Part shown: one piece after another, positions 1 to 9,203 of the stretch
Layout of the letters: every line of letters starts with the position of its first letter
How positions within the stretch are numbered: the stretch's first letter is position 1
Origin: a virus
IMG/VR virus record: IMGVR_UViG_3300049489_000400
Coordinates: 34,718 to 98,717 of that record
Reading direction: 5' to 3' (one strand)
DNA length: 64,000 nucleotides
The notes under the pieces: generated by a model
Told to the model about the DNA's origin: nothing
Database searches by the model: none
What the model saw: the letters and a program-made list of their open reading frames with translations, nothing else
Made by a program: the position numbers and the translations under genes

Positions 1-153
1 TATCAGAGTAGATTTTCCAGAACCGTTACTATCTGCACCAGGGTCTGATTCATTAACCCCGAATATCATAGTACAACTATTTCTTGAGAACTCGTACTCT
101 GTTTCTGAGTGCGTCATCAAGGCTGTCATCTTTATTGACTTTGCTTGCCACAT
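1..153 (-). CDS. sbcC: SbcC/Rad50 (gp46-like) ATPase, N-terminal fragment running off the window
   Basis: Not in the ORF track. Manual translation from ATG at 153 gives MWQAKSIKMTALMTHSETEYEFSRNSCTMIFGVNESDPGADSNGSGKSTLI, with Walker A SNGSGKST; it lies downstream of sbcD. Confidence 0.85.
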   Translation of the reverse strand, partial: MWQAKSIKMTALMTHSETEYEFSRNSCTMIFGVNESDPGADSNGSGKSTLI

Positions 154-511
154 ACTTTACTTTATTTGGATTTTGTACAAATTTAAAATTAGGTGGTAAA
201 TAAATATCACCTACCTTTTTATGAATCGCTTTCACTAAATCTAACTTTGATTTAGAAGACATTACGTCATTTGCTGATTTAATCGCTTTTGATAATTTGG
301 TAAAGTAAGGTGTCAATCTTGCTCCAGTAACCGCTTCTGTTACACACCAAACAATTAATTTACCCTTTAATTTCTTATAAAGGAAAAAATCAAAATTTTC
401 AAACTCTTTGATTTTCAAAGGTTTTCCGTCAACCTTCTTGAAATAATTGCCACATCTTATATAGCAATCTTCAGAATGTCTCTTATACTTTCTTGCTATG
501 ACTTTATTCAT
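77..511 (-). CDS. hypothetical basic protein
   Basis: 144 aa ORF coupled to the sbcD stop; its 3' end overlaps sbcC by 77 nt. Confidence 0.6.
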   Translation of the reverse strand: MNKVIARKYKRHSEDCYIRCGNYFKKVDGKPLKIKEFENFDFFLYKKLKGKLIVWCVTEAVTGARLTPYFTKLSKAIKSANDVMSSKSKLDLVKAIHKKVGDIYLPPNFKFVQNPNKVKYVASKVNKDDSLDDALRNRVRVLKK

Positions 512-1539
512 AACTTCAGATATTTCAGACCTTGTTTTCTATTATCTGAGCTGATTCCTTGAATCTTGCAATATTCTAAGAAATGTTTTGTTATTTTCTT
601 AGAATCCATCTGCTCAAAATCCCCCTCCTCAACCTTCAATATTTCACCGTTGATTTCTTCAGACTCAAATTTACAATCAATACCCTCATCGGTAAATTTT
701 GACAAATTTATCTTTTCGATATCAGTTTTAGTTCCTTGGAAAATGAATCTGACATTATCATCAGTTCCTTTATGAAATTCTAATTCATTTTCTATTGAAG
801 AAATATCAGATGCATCAAGTTTTACCTTTATGTATTTTTTGAACTTACTAGGAACAAATTCCAAACTACCATCCGATTTTATAAGGGTGAATCCCTTATC
901 AGAAATATCCTCTCCATAGTTTGCTTGATAAGCAGAACCTACATAGTGTATGTTTTTACCTATTATAGAAGAGTCGTGATAATGTCCTACAAGTACTTTA
1001 TCCCAATATTTCATTCTTTTAGTAGGAATACCATCTTCAACGATGCTACCGTCATTATTCCTAACTCCATTAAATGATTTATGAGTTATTAGTATATTTA
1101 CAGCTTTGTCCTTGCTCCTAGATATTTTTTCTAATTCATCTAGTCTTTTTGAGTAAGAACTGGTAAAATACGGTAGAAAACCGATAAATACATCTCCCTT
1201 GATTACAAATCCCTTATCTCTTATTAGATTAAAGGATTTGTAATCAGAGAAAACATCTAAATAACTAGATTCGCTGTCTTGGTCTGTCTTATCGTGATTG
1301 CCAGGAATCCCTACAATTTCTAAACCATACGAATCAACAATATTGAAAATTTTCTTCATTCTTAATAAAGTCTGAAGATTCTGACCTATCCTGTTTGTAA
1401 ACCAATCACCAGCGTGAGTAATAGTTTTACAATTTTCTTCTACACACAGCTCACAAGCCTGAACAAAAATATCCTCAACTAAATCAAGATTATCCTTTTT
1501 CAAATGTGTGTCAGTAAGTAGAACGGAAACTGTTTTCAT
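508..1539 (-). CDS. sbcD: SbcD/Mre11 (gp47-like) metallophosphoesterase nuclease
   Basis: Motifs TDTH, AGDWF, PGNHD, ITH, VGHYH; next to the SbcC fragment. Confidence 0.9.
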   Translation of the reverse strand: MKTVSVLLTDTHLKKDNLDLVEDIFVQACELCVEENCKTITHAGDWFTNRIGQNLQTLLRMKKIFNIVDSYGLEIVGIPGNHDKTDQDSESSYLDVFSDYKSFNLIRDKGFVIKGDVFIGFLPYFTSSYSKRLDELEKISRSKDKAVNILITHKSFNGVRNNDGSIVEDGIPTKRMKYWDKVLVGHYHDSSIIGKNIHYVGSAYQANYGEDISDKGFTLIKSDGSLEFVPSKFKKYIKVKLDASDISSIENELEFHKGTDDNVRFIFQGTKTDIEKINLSKFTDEGIDCKFESEEINGEILKVEEGDFEQMDSKKITKHFLEYCKIQGISSDNRKQGLKYLKL

Positions 1540-1555
1540 ATAACGACTTTTATTT

Positions 1556-2644
1556 CTATAACTTTGGATATCTCTCCTCCATTACATCGTCATGTCTAGC
1601 TTCTGTTATTTTTTTAGTTAAAACGTCTAACAACTTGTTTCTTTCATAATACAAATCAAAGAATGTTCTTTTGCTCTTCCATTGCATTTTACCCATGAAG
1701 TCAAAAACAGTTGCAGATTTCTTTTTCACTATACCTTTTTCTACAGCATACTGTATATCTTCATCAGATAAAATGATACCATATCCTAACAATATAGTTA
1801 TCTTAGTTTTTCTGCGGCTTCCAAAGTCATTTTTCACTGTCTTAATTTCAGTATATTGAGCAACCTCAACATCATCTATTTTCTCATGACCTATCAAAGT
1901 TGTTCTCAATCTAATTGTAGGAAAAAACTGTATCCATTCTCCACCTCCAGATTTTTTCTCCTTAGACATACCTCCAATCTGATCATGTACGTGATTCAAT
2001 ATTACAAAATGAACAATAGAATCGTACATCTCACCAGTTAGATATTTAGCGAACATCTTGGCAGATTTTGCAAATGAAGCCATTTGAGCATGCTTCAGTT
2101 CAGACATATCCTTACCTTTTTCCAATGCTTTCTCCATTGTTTTAGTATTATCGTCTAAAGTATCCAATTCTGCCTTAGATAGCGTAGCGCCAAGAGAATC
2201 CCACATGAAATAGAACTTAGGTGTCTCACCAATCTCTTCTTCAATGAATATTTTCTTTGAGTCTTCAATCAGTTTCTTAACTTTCATGAACATCTCTTCT
2301 ACATATCTAATTTTAATGATAAGCACTTTGTCTGGATCAATACCTATCTTTATGGCGTAATCTTTATTATCCCTGTTCTCTGAGGATAGGATGACAGCAA
2401 TTCCATTCTTTTGTTTCTTCAAGAAATGTTTCATTCCTTGTAAAGCAAGAGTTGTCTTACCTGACCTGGATAGACCAGCTATTTCTATCATACCAGTAGG
2501 GAAACCTAATATTCCAAGGTTATAATCTAGTTCAGGACTTCCTGTTGGAACCCAGCTTTTATTATCCTTGAAATTATCTTTGTCGGTAAATTTCACAACA
2601 TCTTCACTGTTAAATCTCTTAACAAGTTTATCTACTATGCTCAT
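1556..2644 (-). CDS. recA: RecA/UvsX recombinase
   Basis: PTGSPELD..LG..GFPTG, Walker A GLSRSGKTT, WDSLGA, SGGG, VKND motifs. Confidence 0.92.
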   Translation of the reverse strand: MSIVDKLVKRFNSEDVVKFTDKDNFKDNKSWVPTGSPELDYNLGILGFPTGMIEIAGLSRSGKTTLALQGMKHFLKKQKNGIAVILSSENRDNKDYAIKIGIDPDKVLIIKIRYVEEMFMKVKKLIEDSKKIFIEEEIGETPKFYFMWDSLGATLSKAELDTLDDNTKTMEKALEKGKDMSELKHAQMASFAKSAKMFAKYLTGEMYDSIVHFVILNHVHDQIGGMSKEKKSGGGEWIQFFPTIRLRTTLIGHEKIDDVEVAQYTEIKTVKNDFGSRRKTKITILLGYGIILSDEDIQYAVEKGIVKKKSATVFDFMGKMQWKSKRTFFDLYYERNKLLDVLTKKITEARHDDVMEERYPKL

Positions 2645-2657
2645 AATTTATTGTATT

Positions 2658-2682
2658 AAAAAAGGGGCACTATGACCCCTTT
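2658..2682 (-). terminator. rho-independent terminator after SSB
   Basis: Minus strand AAAGGGGTCATAGTGCCCCTTTTTT: stem-loop plus U tract. Confidence 0.75.
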
Positions 2683-2701
2683 CTATGTTAAATGAAAATT
2701 A

Positions 2702-3868
2702 TTATTTCTTTCCTTTTTTGAGTCTAGCACGAATATCATCCATACTCATTTTACCTTTCTTCTTGGCAGGCTTTTCTTCCTCCTCATCGTCGTCATCGGA
2801 ATCATCTTCATCGTCGTCTGAGTCTTCGTCCTCATCTTCCTCATCTTCCTCAACTACTTTTTTCTTAGAAGATGATTTTTTCTTTGGAGTTTCTTCCTCT
2901 TCTTCATCGTCATCGTCTGAATCGTCTTCATCCTCGTCCTCATCTTCCTCTTCAACTACTTTTTTAGCAGCTTTCTTTTTAGGTTCAGGTTTTTTAGATG
3001 ATTTCTTTTTAGGTTTTTCATCCTCTTCTTCATCGTCATCATCGTCAGAATCCTCATATTGAGATTTAACTTTTTCTACGATTTCCAACCAATCTTCATC
3101 TTCAAAGAAGTCGATTTCATTTTCAGTATCAAAAAATCTCAAACCTTCTAATGCTAGTTCAAAATCCTTCAATCCGTAAACATTCAAATAAAGTTCTTGT
3201 AAAGATTTAGCCTTGTCGAATTTCTCAAGATTTTCATCTGAGATTGGAGTAGCTTTCTTACCAACAGACACTTCGTAATAATCTTCACCTTTCTTCTTGT
3301 TAGGCTTTGAATTATACTTGATCAATAATGGTAAACCGTCATCTGGGTCAGTGAATGGGTCAACTTCGATAGGCTCATCATCATCCTCTACAAAAGTAGC
3401 TTTGTTGATAGCATCACGAACAGTCTTTTTGAATGAGATCAATCCAAATTCTCTTTCTTCTTTTGAAATCTTCTCAGCGTAAGCAATCCAAGAATGTTCA
3501 GCACCTAAACCGCCTTTCCAATCAGTAACTTTAGAAAGTTTTTCCTTATCAGACAGATTCTTTTGACAAAAAGAAACATATTCTTCAATAATATCCTTTT
3601 TAGTTCCTCCGTGCTGTCTTGAATTCAAAACTGTTCTTTTTACAGGGTCTCCATTTTCACCCTCAATTGTAAGCCAGTGTCTTTTTCTTAATACGAAAAA
3701 ATCTACTCCTTCATGAGCAGGGAAAAGTCTAAATTTGTTAGTTTTTCCTTCCTCAATTTCAAGAAATTCGCTTCTGGAGTGAGCTCCAATAAGTTCATTC
3801 TCTTTGTCTACTTTTTGTTTAAGTAAATCGACCTTGGCTGGCTTATACTTACTTCTTAAATTTGCCAT
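2702..3868 (-). CDS. single-stranded DNA-binding protein (gp32-like) with long acidic/lysine-rich tail
   Basis: G.NKFRLFP N-terminus, DPFTDPDDG motif, acidic tail ending MSMDDIRARL; lies between UvsY-like gene and recA. Confidence 0.75.
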   Translation of the reverse strand: MANLRSKYKPAKVDLLKQKVDKENELIGAHSRSEFLEIEEGKTNKFRLFPAHEGVDFFVLRKRHWLTIEGENGDPVKRTVLNSRQHGGTKKDIIEEYVSFCQKNLSDKEKLSKVTDWKGGLGAEHSWIAYAEKISKEEREFGLISFKKTVRDAINKATFVEDDDEPIEVDPFTDPDDGLPLLIKYNSKPNKKKGEDYYEVSVGKKATPISDENLEKFDKAKSLQELYLNVYGLKDFELALEGLRFFDTENEIDFFEDEDWLEIVEKVKSQYEDSDDDDDEEEDEKPKKKSSKKPEPKKKAAKKVVEEEDEDEDEDDSDDDDEEEEETPKKKSSSKKKVVEEDEEDEDEDSDDDEDDSDDDDEEEEKPAKKKGKMSMDDIRARLKKGKK

Positions 3869-3899
3869 TAGATTTCTTTTTTATTTTTAATTAACGTTG

Positions 3900-4433
3900 T
3901 TACTTAATCCTACCTTCTTTTATCTTAAAATAGATATTGTTCATTTGTTTTTGAATTATATCTAAATCAACATCTCCAGGTCTAAGCGTCATGCTCAATT
4001 TATCTAGCTTAGTTGACTTGTCTCTAGCAGCCTGATAAATAGAATACATATATTCTTTTTCTTTTTGTATTCTATGCATTTTAGTCCTTTTGACCTTCCA
4101 AATCTTGTCGCACAAAAGTGCACTTTCTACTTCATCGACAGTGGCTCTTTTAACTTTACCCTTCTCATCTGAAGTTTCTAATTCCTCTCTTAACTGATTT
4201 TTTCGTTTTGCCTCATAAATAGACAAATCTAATTTTGCCTGCTGAAACTCATTATCCATATCAGCTGCTAACAAACCTAGTTTATTTACAACTACTGGGA
4301 AGGTTATCAATTCAGCCATAAGATTAGAATAATCAATCTTCAAGATTTTGTCGATGTCTATGTCATTAAAGTCACCAACTTCAAATTTGACTACCTTTTC
4401 GCCAATATTGAATATTAATTCTCTTTGTTTCAT
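3900..4433 (-). CDS. UvsY-like recombination mediator
   Basis: Helical protein with K.T.D.VES-like motif, adjacent to SSB and recA. Confidence 0.55.
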   Translation of the reverse strand: MKQRELIFNIGEKVVKFEVGDFNDIDIDKILKIDYSNLMAELITFPVVVNKLGLLAADMDNEFQQAKLDLSIYEAKRKNQLREELETSDEKGKVKRATVDEVESALLCDKIWKVKRTKMHRIQKEKEYMYSIYQAARDKSTKLDKLSMTLRPGDVDLDIIQKQMNNIYFKIKEGRIK

Positions 4434-4696
4434 TCTATGACTTCTTTCTTGTTAGTATTAAGATTTTCATGAACTTCAATCATTCTATTCAAATAATCTC
4501 TAGCTTTCAATAAATCTGTTAAATTCTTAGCTTTTGTAGAACCAGGTCTTGTAAACCTGTCTAAATATCGCTTTACATTTTCTGAAGCCCAGATGTCTCC
4601 ATAATCAGTACCTTTTCTGTAGTTCAGGGAAATTTGATCAAATTCCTTATCTCCATACTTGGCTCTGTTAGATTTCTCTAATTCATTTACGTCCAT
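4430..4696 (-). CDS. DUF3310-like small protein (putative nucleotide kinase)
   Basis: ENVKRYLDR...K...DLLKARDYL matches the DUF3310 N.IKY..R...K...DL.KA.WYL pattern. Confidence 0.5.
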   Translation of the reverse strand: MDVNELEKSNRAKYGDKEFDQISLNYRKGTDYGDIWASENVKRYLDRFTRPGSTKAKNLTDLLKARDYLNRMIEVHENLNTNKKEVIE

Positions 4697-5283
4697 AACT
4701 CTTTATCTATTATTTCTTGTAAAATCGAAGTGTCCTTACCTTCTAAATAAGGAATCAATTCTTTACAAGAAAGTTTAACTTTCTCTACACAATAAAATTG
4801 TTGATTCAATAATGATGTATTGCCAAGATTTAATTCCTTCTTTAGGTAAAATAACATAGACAACCAGTCAGCCACCTTAACTATTTTCTTAACTAGGAAT
4901 GGGACTGAAGTCATTATGTCAGATAACAATTTTTCAGATTCTCTGTCCTTATTGAATTTAGCATTAACCTTATCTTTTATAATTAAGTCAAGCAAATTTC
5001 TCATTTCTTCACCGTAAGCATTTCCGTATTTCACTCCATGAACTATGTCTCCTGTGAACATCTCATCAAAATCGTGAAATATAGCATAAGTTGTTATTTG
5101 AAGCTTCAAATTTATGTCATCTTCATTCAGGATTTCCTCAGCAAGTAATCTGCTTACCATAGCCACAAAGAATGAATGATGAGCAACAGTTTCGTCTTTG
5201 ATTCTATTCAAACCATTCCATCTGACCATATTGTTAAGTTGGTCAAAATCTGGATCATGAAAAATCTTATCAATTATATTCAT
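4687..5283 (-). CDS. YfbR-like HD-domain 5'-deoxynucleotidase/dNTPase
   Basis: RW...ETVAHHSF...HDFDEMFTGDI...VKVAD motif set. Confidence 0.85.
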   Translation of the reverse strand: MNIIDKIFHDPDFDQLNNMVRWNGLNRIKDETVAHHSFFVAMVSRLLAEEILNEDDINLKLQITTYAIFHDFDEMFTGDIVHGVKYGNAYGEEMRNLLDLIIKDKVNAKFNKDRESEKLLSDIMTSVPFLVKKIVKVADWLSMLFYLKKELNLGNTSLLNQQFYCVEKVKLSCKELIPYLEGKDTSILQEIIDKELWT

Positions 5284-5599
5284 TTGCTAAAATTTCTTGT
5301 TCAATTATACTTAACTCTGCTTCATTAAATTCCTCTAATTCAGCTTCTTGTCTTTTTTCAAATCTCCAAGTAGCAAAAGCTGGTTCTTGCTTTCTGCCTA
5401 TCAATTTTATGAATACAATTGGATTTGAAATTTCTTCCAACAATATACCGACTACAATATCATCGTTATGTAATATTTCTCTGATTGTGTAAATTCTGCC
5501 CTTCTTAACCCAATTTACATACATATTGATAACTGGGAATAGCATCTCCACCTTTATAGAATCATCTACACATAAAACCTTATCACCTACTTCTAACAT
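5270..5599 (-). CDS. hypothetical protein (SH3/YorP-like start, VGDKVLCVDD)
   Basis: 109 aa ORF within the operon. Confidence 0.6.
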   Translation of the reverse strand: MLEVGDKVLCVDDSIKVEMLFPVINMYVNWVKKGRIYTIREILHNDDIVVGILLEEISNPIVFIKLIGRKQEPAFATWRFEKRQEAELEEFNEAELSIIEQEILANEYN

Positions 5600-5603
5600 A
5601 GAA

Positions 5604-8600
5604 TCAATTTATAACTAAGAACTCTGTCCTATTCCTAGTAGAACCTCTTCTTTCACTAATGCTATTCAAAGATTTTCCATATTCCTTTTGATAATTTATC
5701 TCACAATTAACTGCTATCAAAGATTTTTTAGCTTCAAGTTTTTCCATCTTTTCTAAAACACGCTCGTAGCAATCATTCCAAACAGTCAAAATCATAACTA
5801 CATTGTTAGATTCTATAGAAACTCTAGCATAGGGTAATTTGGATTGTTTGTACTTCAAGTGTTTGATATACATTATTCTCCCCACTATTGTAGCTTCTTT
5901 AGGTGATTTTAATTCCTTATAAGATTTCTTATCATATTCCTCAGCAGAAACATAATTCTTGACAAGATTTTTAATCTTGCTTTTCTTTTCATATTTCTGT
6001 AAAAGTGACAGAAAGTTTATATCTCCAAATCCCGTCAATGCCTTTTGTTCTGTTACCCAATACCAGTTTGAATTACTATTCTCGTTTAAAACTTCTGGAT
6101 ATGGCTCCGATTTGGTTAAATTAGCATGAAATTCTAAAAGTGATTTTCTCACTTTCTCTTCATCGATTTTTAGACCATATTGTCCTCCTATATTATCAAA
6201 AGCACCAGCTATAATCAAAGCCTTTACAACTCTTTTGTTTACTTTGTTTTTAGGAACTCTATTTATAAAATCTTCCAAGTCAGAAAAGTCACCATTCTGA
6301 TTTCTTTCGTTCAGTATCACTCTGGCTGCGACATCGCCTACATTTTTGATTTTAGTAAGAGACCAATAAATGCTATTGTCGTCAGGGAAACCAACGAAAA
6401 ATAGGTCAGATTTATTGACACAAGGTGGCTTAATCTGAATATCCGAACCAATCTTTCTTATCTCAGAAATTCTGTTAGGTACTTCCTCTTCATAGTTTGC
6501 AAAATTCAAACTTGCTGTCCAGAACTCTAAAGGATATTTCACCTTCAAATATTGACACCAATATCCCATTAGAGCATAAGCGGCAGCATGAGACCTGTTG
6601 AACCCGTAGCTAGAAAACGCATTCATCTTATCCCATATTTTTACAGCATCTTCCTCTTTATCCCCACCTAGTAAATTATTGTAATATTCAACAAATCTGC
6701 TCTTAAATAAATTAAGATTTTCCTTGTCGAATTTTTTCATATAAGTCCTTACTTGATCAGATTCTGCAAGTGACAAACCTCCAGCGACCACCATCGCCTG
6801 CATAATCTGTTCTTGATAAACATAAAGACCAAATGTATTCTTAGTAACTTCTTTTAAGAATGGATCATAAACAGGCTTTTTCTTTCCATGTTTAATTTCA
6901 GCAAAATCCTTATGTGCATTGGAATCCATTGGGCCAGGTCTAAATAAGGCATTCATTGAAATTAAATCTTCAACACCATCAGGTTTCACTTGTTTAGAAT
7001 ACGTTTTCAATCCTGACGTTCCGAACTGAAAAACATCTTCATTCCATCCGTTTTTGAAAAATTCCATCACGCTTGGAATATCAATTTTTATCTTGTTTAG
7101 ATTTACCTTTTTGCCTCTATTTTTCTTTATCAAATCTAATGTGTTCCTGAACTTATCCAGCTGAGCAATTCCTAATATATCAGCCTTCAAAAATCCAGCA
7201 GCATCGATGAACTTACCTTCCCATTCAGAAACTAATTGGTCATCTATCTTTTTAACAGGCATCCAATCATATATAGTCATAGGATTCCCTGATTTATCCT
7301 GCTTAGGAACAATCAGTACCGCAGACGCATGTATGGAAGATGTTTTAGGTTGATTGATAGAAATTCTAACTAAATCACAAACTTCAGCATTATTCTGAAC
7401 GAACTTTTTCAGCACAGGTTTTTCAACTGCATTTTCAAATATATCACCCCAAGAACTTTTACCGATAACATCAGGTATTTCCTTAGTGGCAAAATTTGCA
7501 TCTTGAAAAGAAACTCCAGAAACCCTAGAAAAATCTTTCAAAGCTGACTTGACTTTCATTCTAGCATAAGTACCAATAGAACAAACATTGTTATAAGTAT
7601 ATTTTTCTTCAATATATCTTTTAACATCACCTCTTCTCAACCCTTCAAAATCTATATCAATATCAGGCAATGCATCCGCTGACTTAGCACGCTCTCCTGA
7701 AACCCTCGTCTTGTTCAAAAAACGCTCAAATAGTAGATTGTATTGAATAGGGTCTATTTCTATAATCCCCAGAAGATAGGCTACCAAAGAACCTCCTGCC
7801 GAACCCCTACCAGGACCAACTAGAATATCTTTTGTTTTGCACCATTCAACAATATCCCATAATATCAAGAAATAATCAACGAATCCCGCACCTACAATTA
7901 CACTATTTTCTTCTTCAAGTCTTTCGTAATATTGTATTATTTTATCCTCATCATCTGGGAACTTGTCAATGACCTTTCTTTGAAAACCTTTTTCTAATAA
8001 TTCATGATATAAAGACTCTGAATCTGGATGTTCAAACTTAGGCAATTTATGATTACCAGTATCTATCATATAGTCGCACTTTTCGGCAATTTCTACAGTA
8101 TTTGAAACAGATTCTAGTATTAAATCAAACTTATCAGGATTCTTTGAAAAATGAGGCATTAATTTATCTAAAGTCTCATCTATTGTTTTGTAATATTGAT
8201 CACTAGATGACAATTGAGTTTTCTTATCTACCTTATTAAGAACAGATTTGATTTTGTAATCAGATTTTTCGATGTAATAAGAATCGTTAATCAAAACAGG
8301 CTTCAATACATCACTATAATTATCCATATAGTATCTGATATTTCTAAGATTTTGTATATCAACAGAATCGTCATCGAACTCAACAGAATCTATCTGATAA
8401 TACAAATCTCCTTTAAAAATCTTTTTGTATTTTTTAATCATTTTTCTACCAATGTCATTTTTGATATTGGAATTAAAATAACTATCTGTAGGTATGACAC
8501 ATATCAATCCTTCAGAATGATTCAAGAAGTCCTCTTCAGAAACAAATTTGTCATTGTCTACATTTATGAATTTACCAATTCTTAATAGGTTTTTCCAACC

Positions 8601-9203
8601 TATTTCATTTTTTACAAATAGCTTTATATCGAATAAAGAATGGTGTTCATCATCCTGATTATATTCGTAAGCTACTGATATTGTTTCTCCAAGGATAGAT
8701 TTTACACCCTTCTTTTTACAAGCTAATTGAAAAGGTAAAGTTGCAGCTAATGTATTTTTATCAGACAGACCTAAAATCTTCTGACCTAAGAAAACTGTTT
8801 TAGCTACCCACTGTTCTGGTTCTGCTGAGCCGTTTAATAACTCGTATCCAGTATGGACTCCTAAGTGGATAAAATCTATTTCCAAATCTGAATCGTACGA
8901 ACCAACATTTATGAATTCTTTGAACTCTGGGATAAAAATATCTTCATTGTATTCATCCTTCTTTGTCTTTTTAGAAGAATAATAGAACTTGTCTCCCCAC
9001 TTAAATAATATGTGAGTAATATCTTCCTCATAGATTCTGTAGAACTCTTCTTCAGTAAGAATGAAGGAAAAATCATTCGATATGACCTTTCCTTCTTTCT
9101 CTTCTACAAAAACTAATTTCCCAAGTCCTTCTATTTCTACAATATTCCCTTCAATATTGCATTTTATAGATTTTTGTTCAATCCAGTTTTTTAATTCTTT
9201 CAT
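5604..9203 (-). CDS. dnaE: DNA polymerase III alpha subunit (family C)
   Basis: PHP domain HLGVHT, GPGRGSAGGSLVAY, LLFERFLN, catalytic PDIDIDF, K.DILG, YQEQIM, YGFNRSHAAAY. Confidence 0.97.
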   Translation of the reverse strand: MKELKNWIEQKSIKCNIEGNIVEIEGLGKLVFVEEKEGKVISNDFSFILTEEEFYRIYEEDITHILFKWGDKFYYSSKKTKKDEYNEDIFIPEFKEFINVGSYDSDLEIDFIHLGVHTGYELLNGSAEPEQWVAKTVFLGQKILGLSDKNTLAATLPFQLACKKKGVKSILGETISVAYEYNQDDEHHSLFDIKLFVKNEIGWKNLLRIGKFINVDNDKFVSEEDFLNHSEGLICVIPTDSYFNSNIKNDIGRKMIKKYKKIFKGDLYYQIDSVEFDDDSVDIQNLRNIRYYMDNYSDVLKPVLINDSYYIEKSDYKIKSVLNKVDKKTQLSSSDQYYKTIDETLDKLMPHFSKNPDKFDLILESVSNTVEIAEKCDYMIDTGNHKLPKFEHPDSESLYHELLEKGFQRKVIDKFPDDEDKIIQYYERLEEENSVIVGAGFVDYFLILWDIVEWCKTKDILVGPGRGSAGGSLVAYLLGIIEIDPIQYNLLFERFLNKTRVSGERAKSADALPDIDIDFEGLRRGDVKRYIEEKYTYNNVCSIGTYARMKVKSALKDFSRVSGVSFQDANFATKEIPDVIGKSSWGDIFENAVEKPVLKKFVQNNAEVCDLVRISINQPKTSSIHASAVLIVPKQDKSGNPMTIYDWMPVKKIDDQLVSEWEGKFIDAAGFLKADILGIAQLDKFRNTLDLIKKNRGKKVNLNKIKIDIPSVMEFFKNGWNEDVFQFGTSGLKTYSKQVKPDGVEDLISMNALFRPGPMDSNAHKDFAEIKHGKKKPVYDPFLKEVTKNTFGLYVYQEQIMQAMVVAGGLSLAESDQVRTYMKKFDKENLNLFKSRFVEYYNNLLGGDKEEDAVKIWDKMNAFSSYGFNRSHAAAYALMGYWCQYLKVKYPLEFWTASLNFANYEEEVPNRISEIRKIGSDIQIKPPCVNKSDLFFVGFPDDNSIYWSLTKIKNVGDVAARVILNERNQNGDFSDLEDFINRVPKNKVNKRVVKALIIAGAFDNIGGQYGLKIDEEKVRKSLLEFHANLTKSEPYPEVLNENSNSNWYWVTEQKALTGFGDINFLSLLQKYEKKSKIKNLVKNYVSAEEYDKKSYKELKSPKEATIVGRIMYIKHLKYKQSKLPYARVSIESNNVVMILTVWNDCYERVLEKMEKLEAKKSLIAVNCEINYQKEYGKSLNSISERRGSTRNRTEFLVIN

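Noticed and set aside
2770-3060. CRISPR array or tandem DNA repeat in the TCx-rich tracts (also 11130-11270)
   Set aside because: These are coding low-complexity D/E runs with no repeat-spacer structure.
4687-5283. Z-genome (2-aminoadenine) system suggested by a DatZ-like HD protein
   Set aside because: No PurZ in the window, and the context points to thymidine modification.
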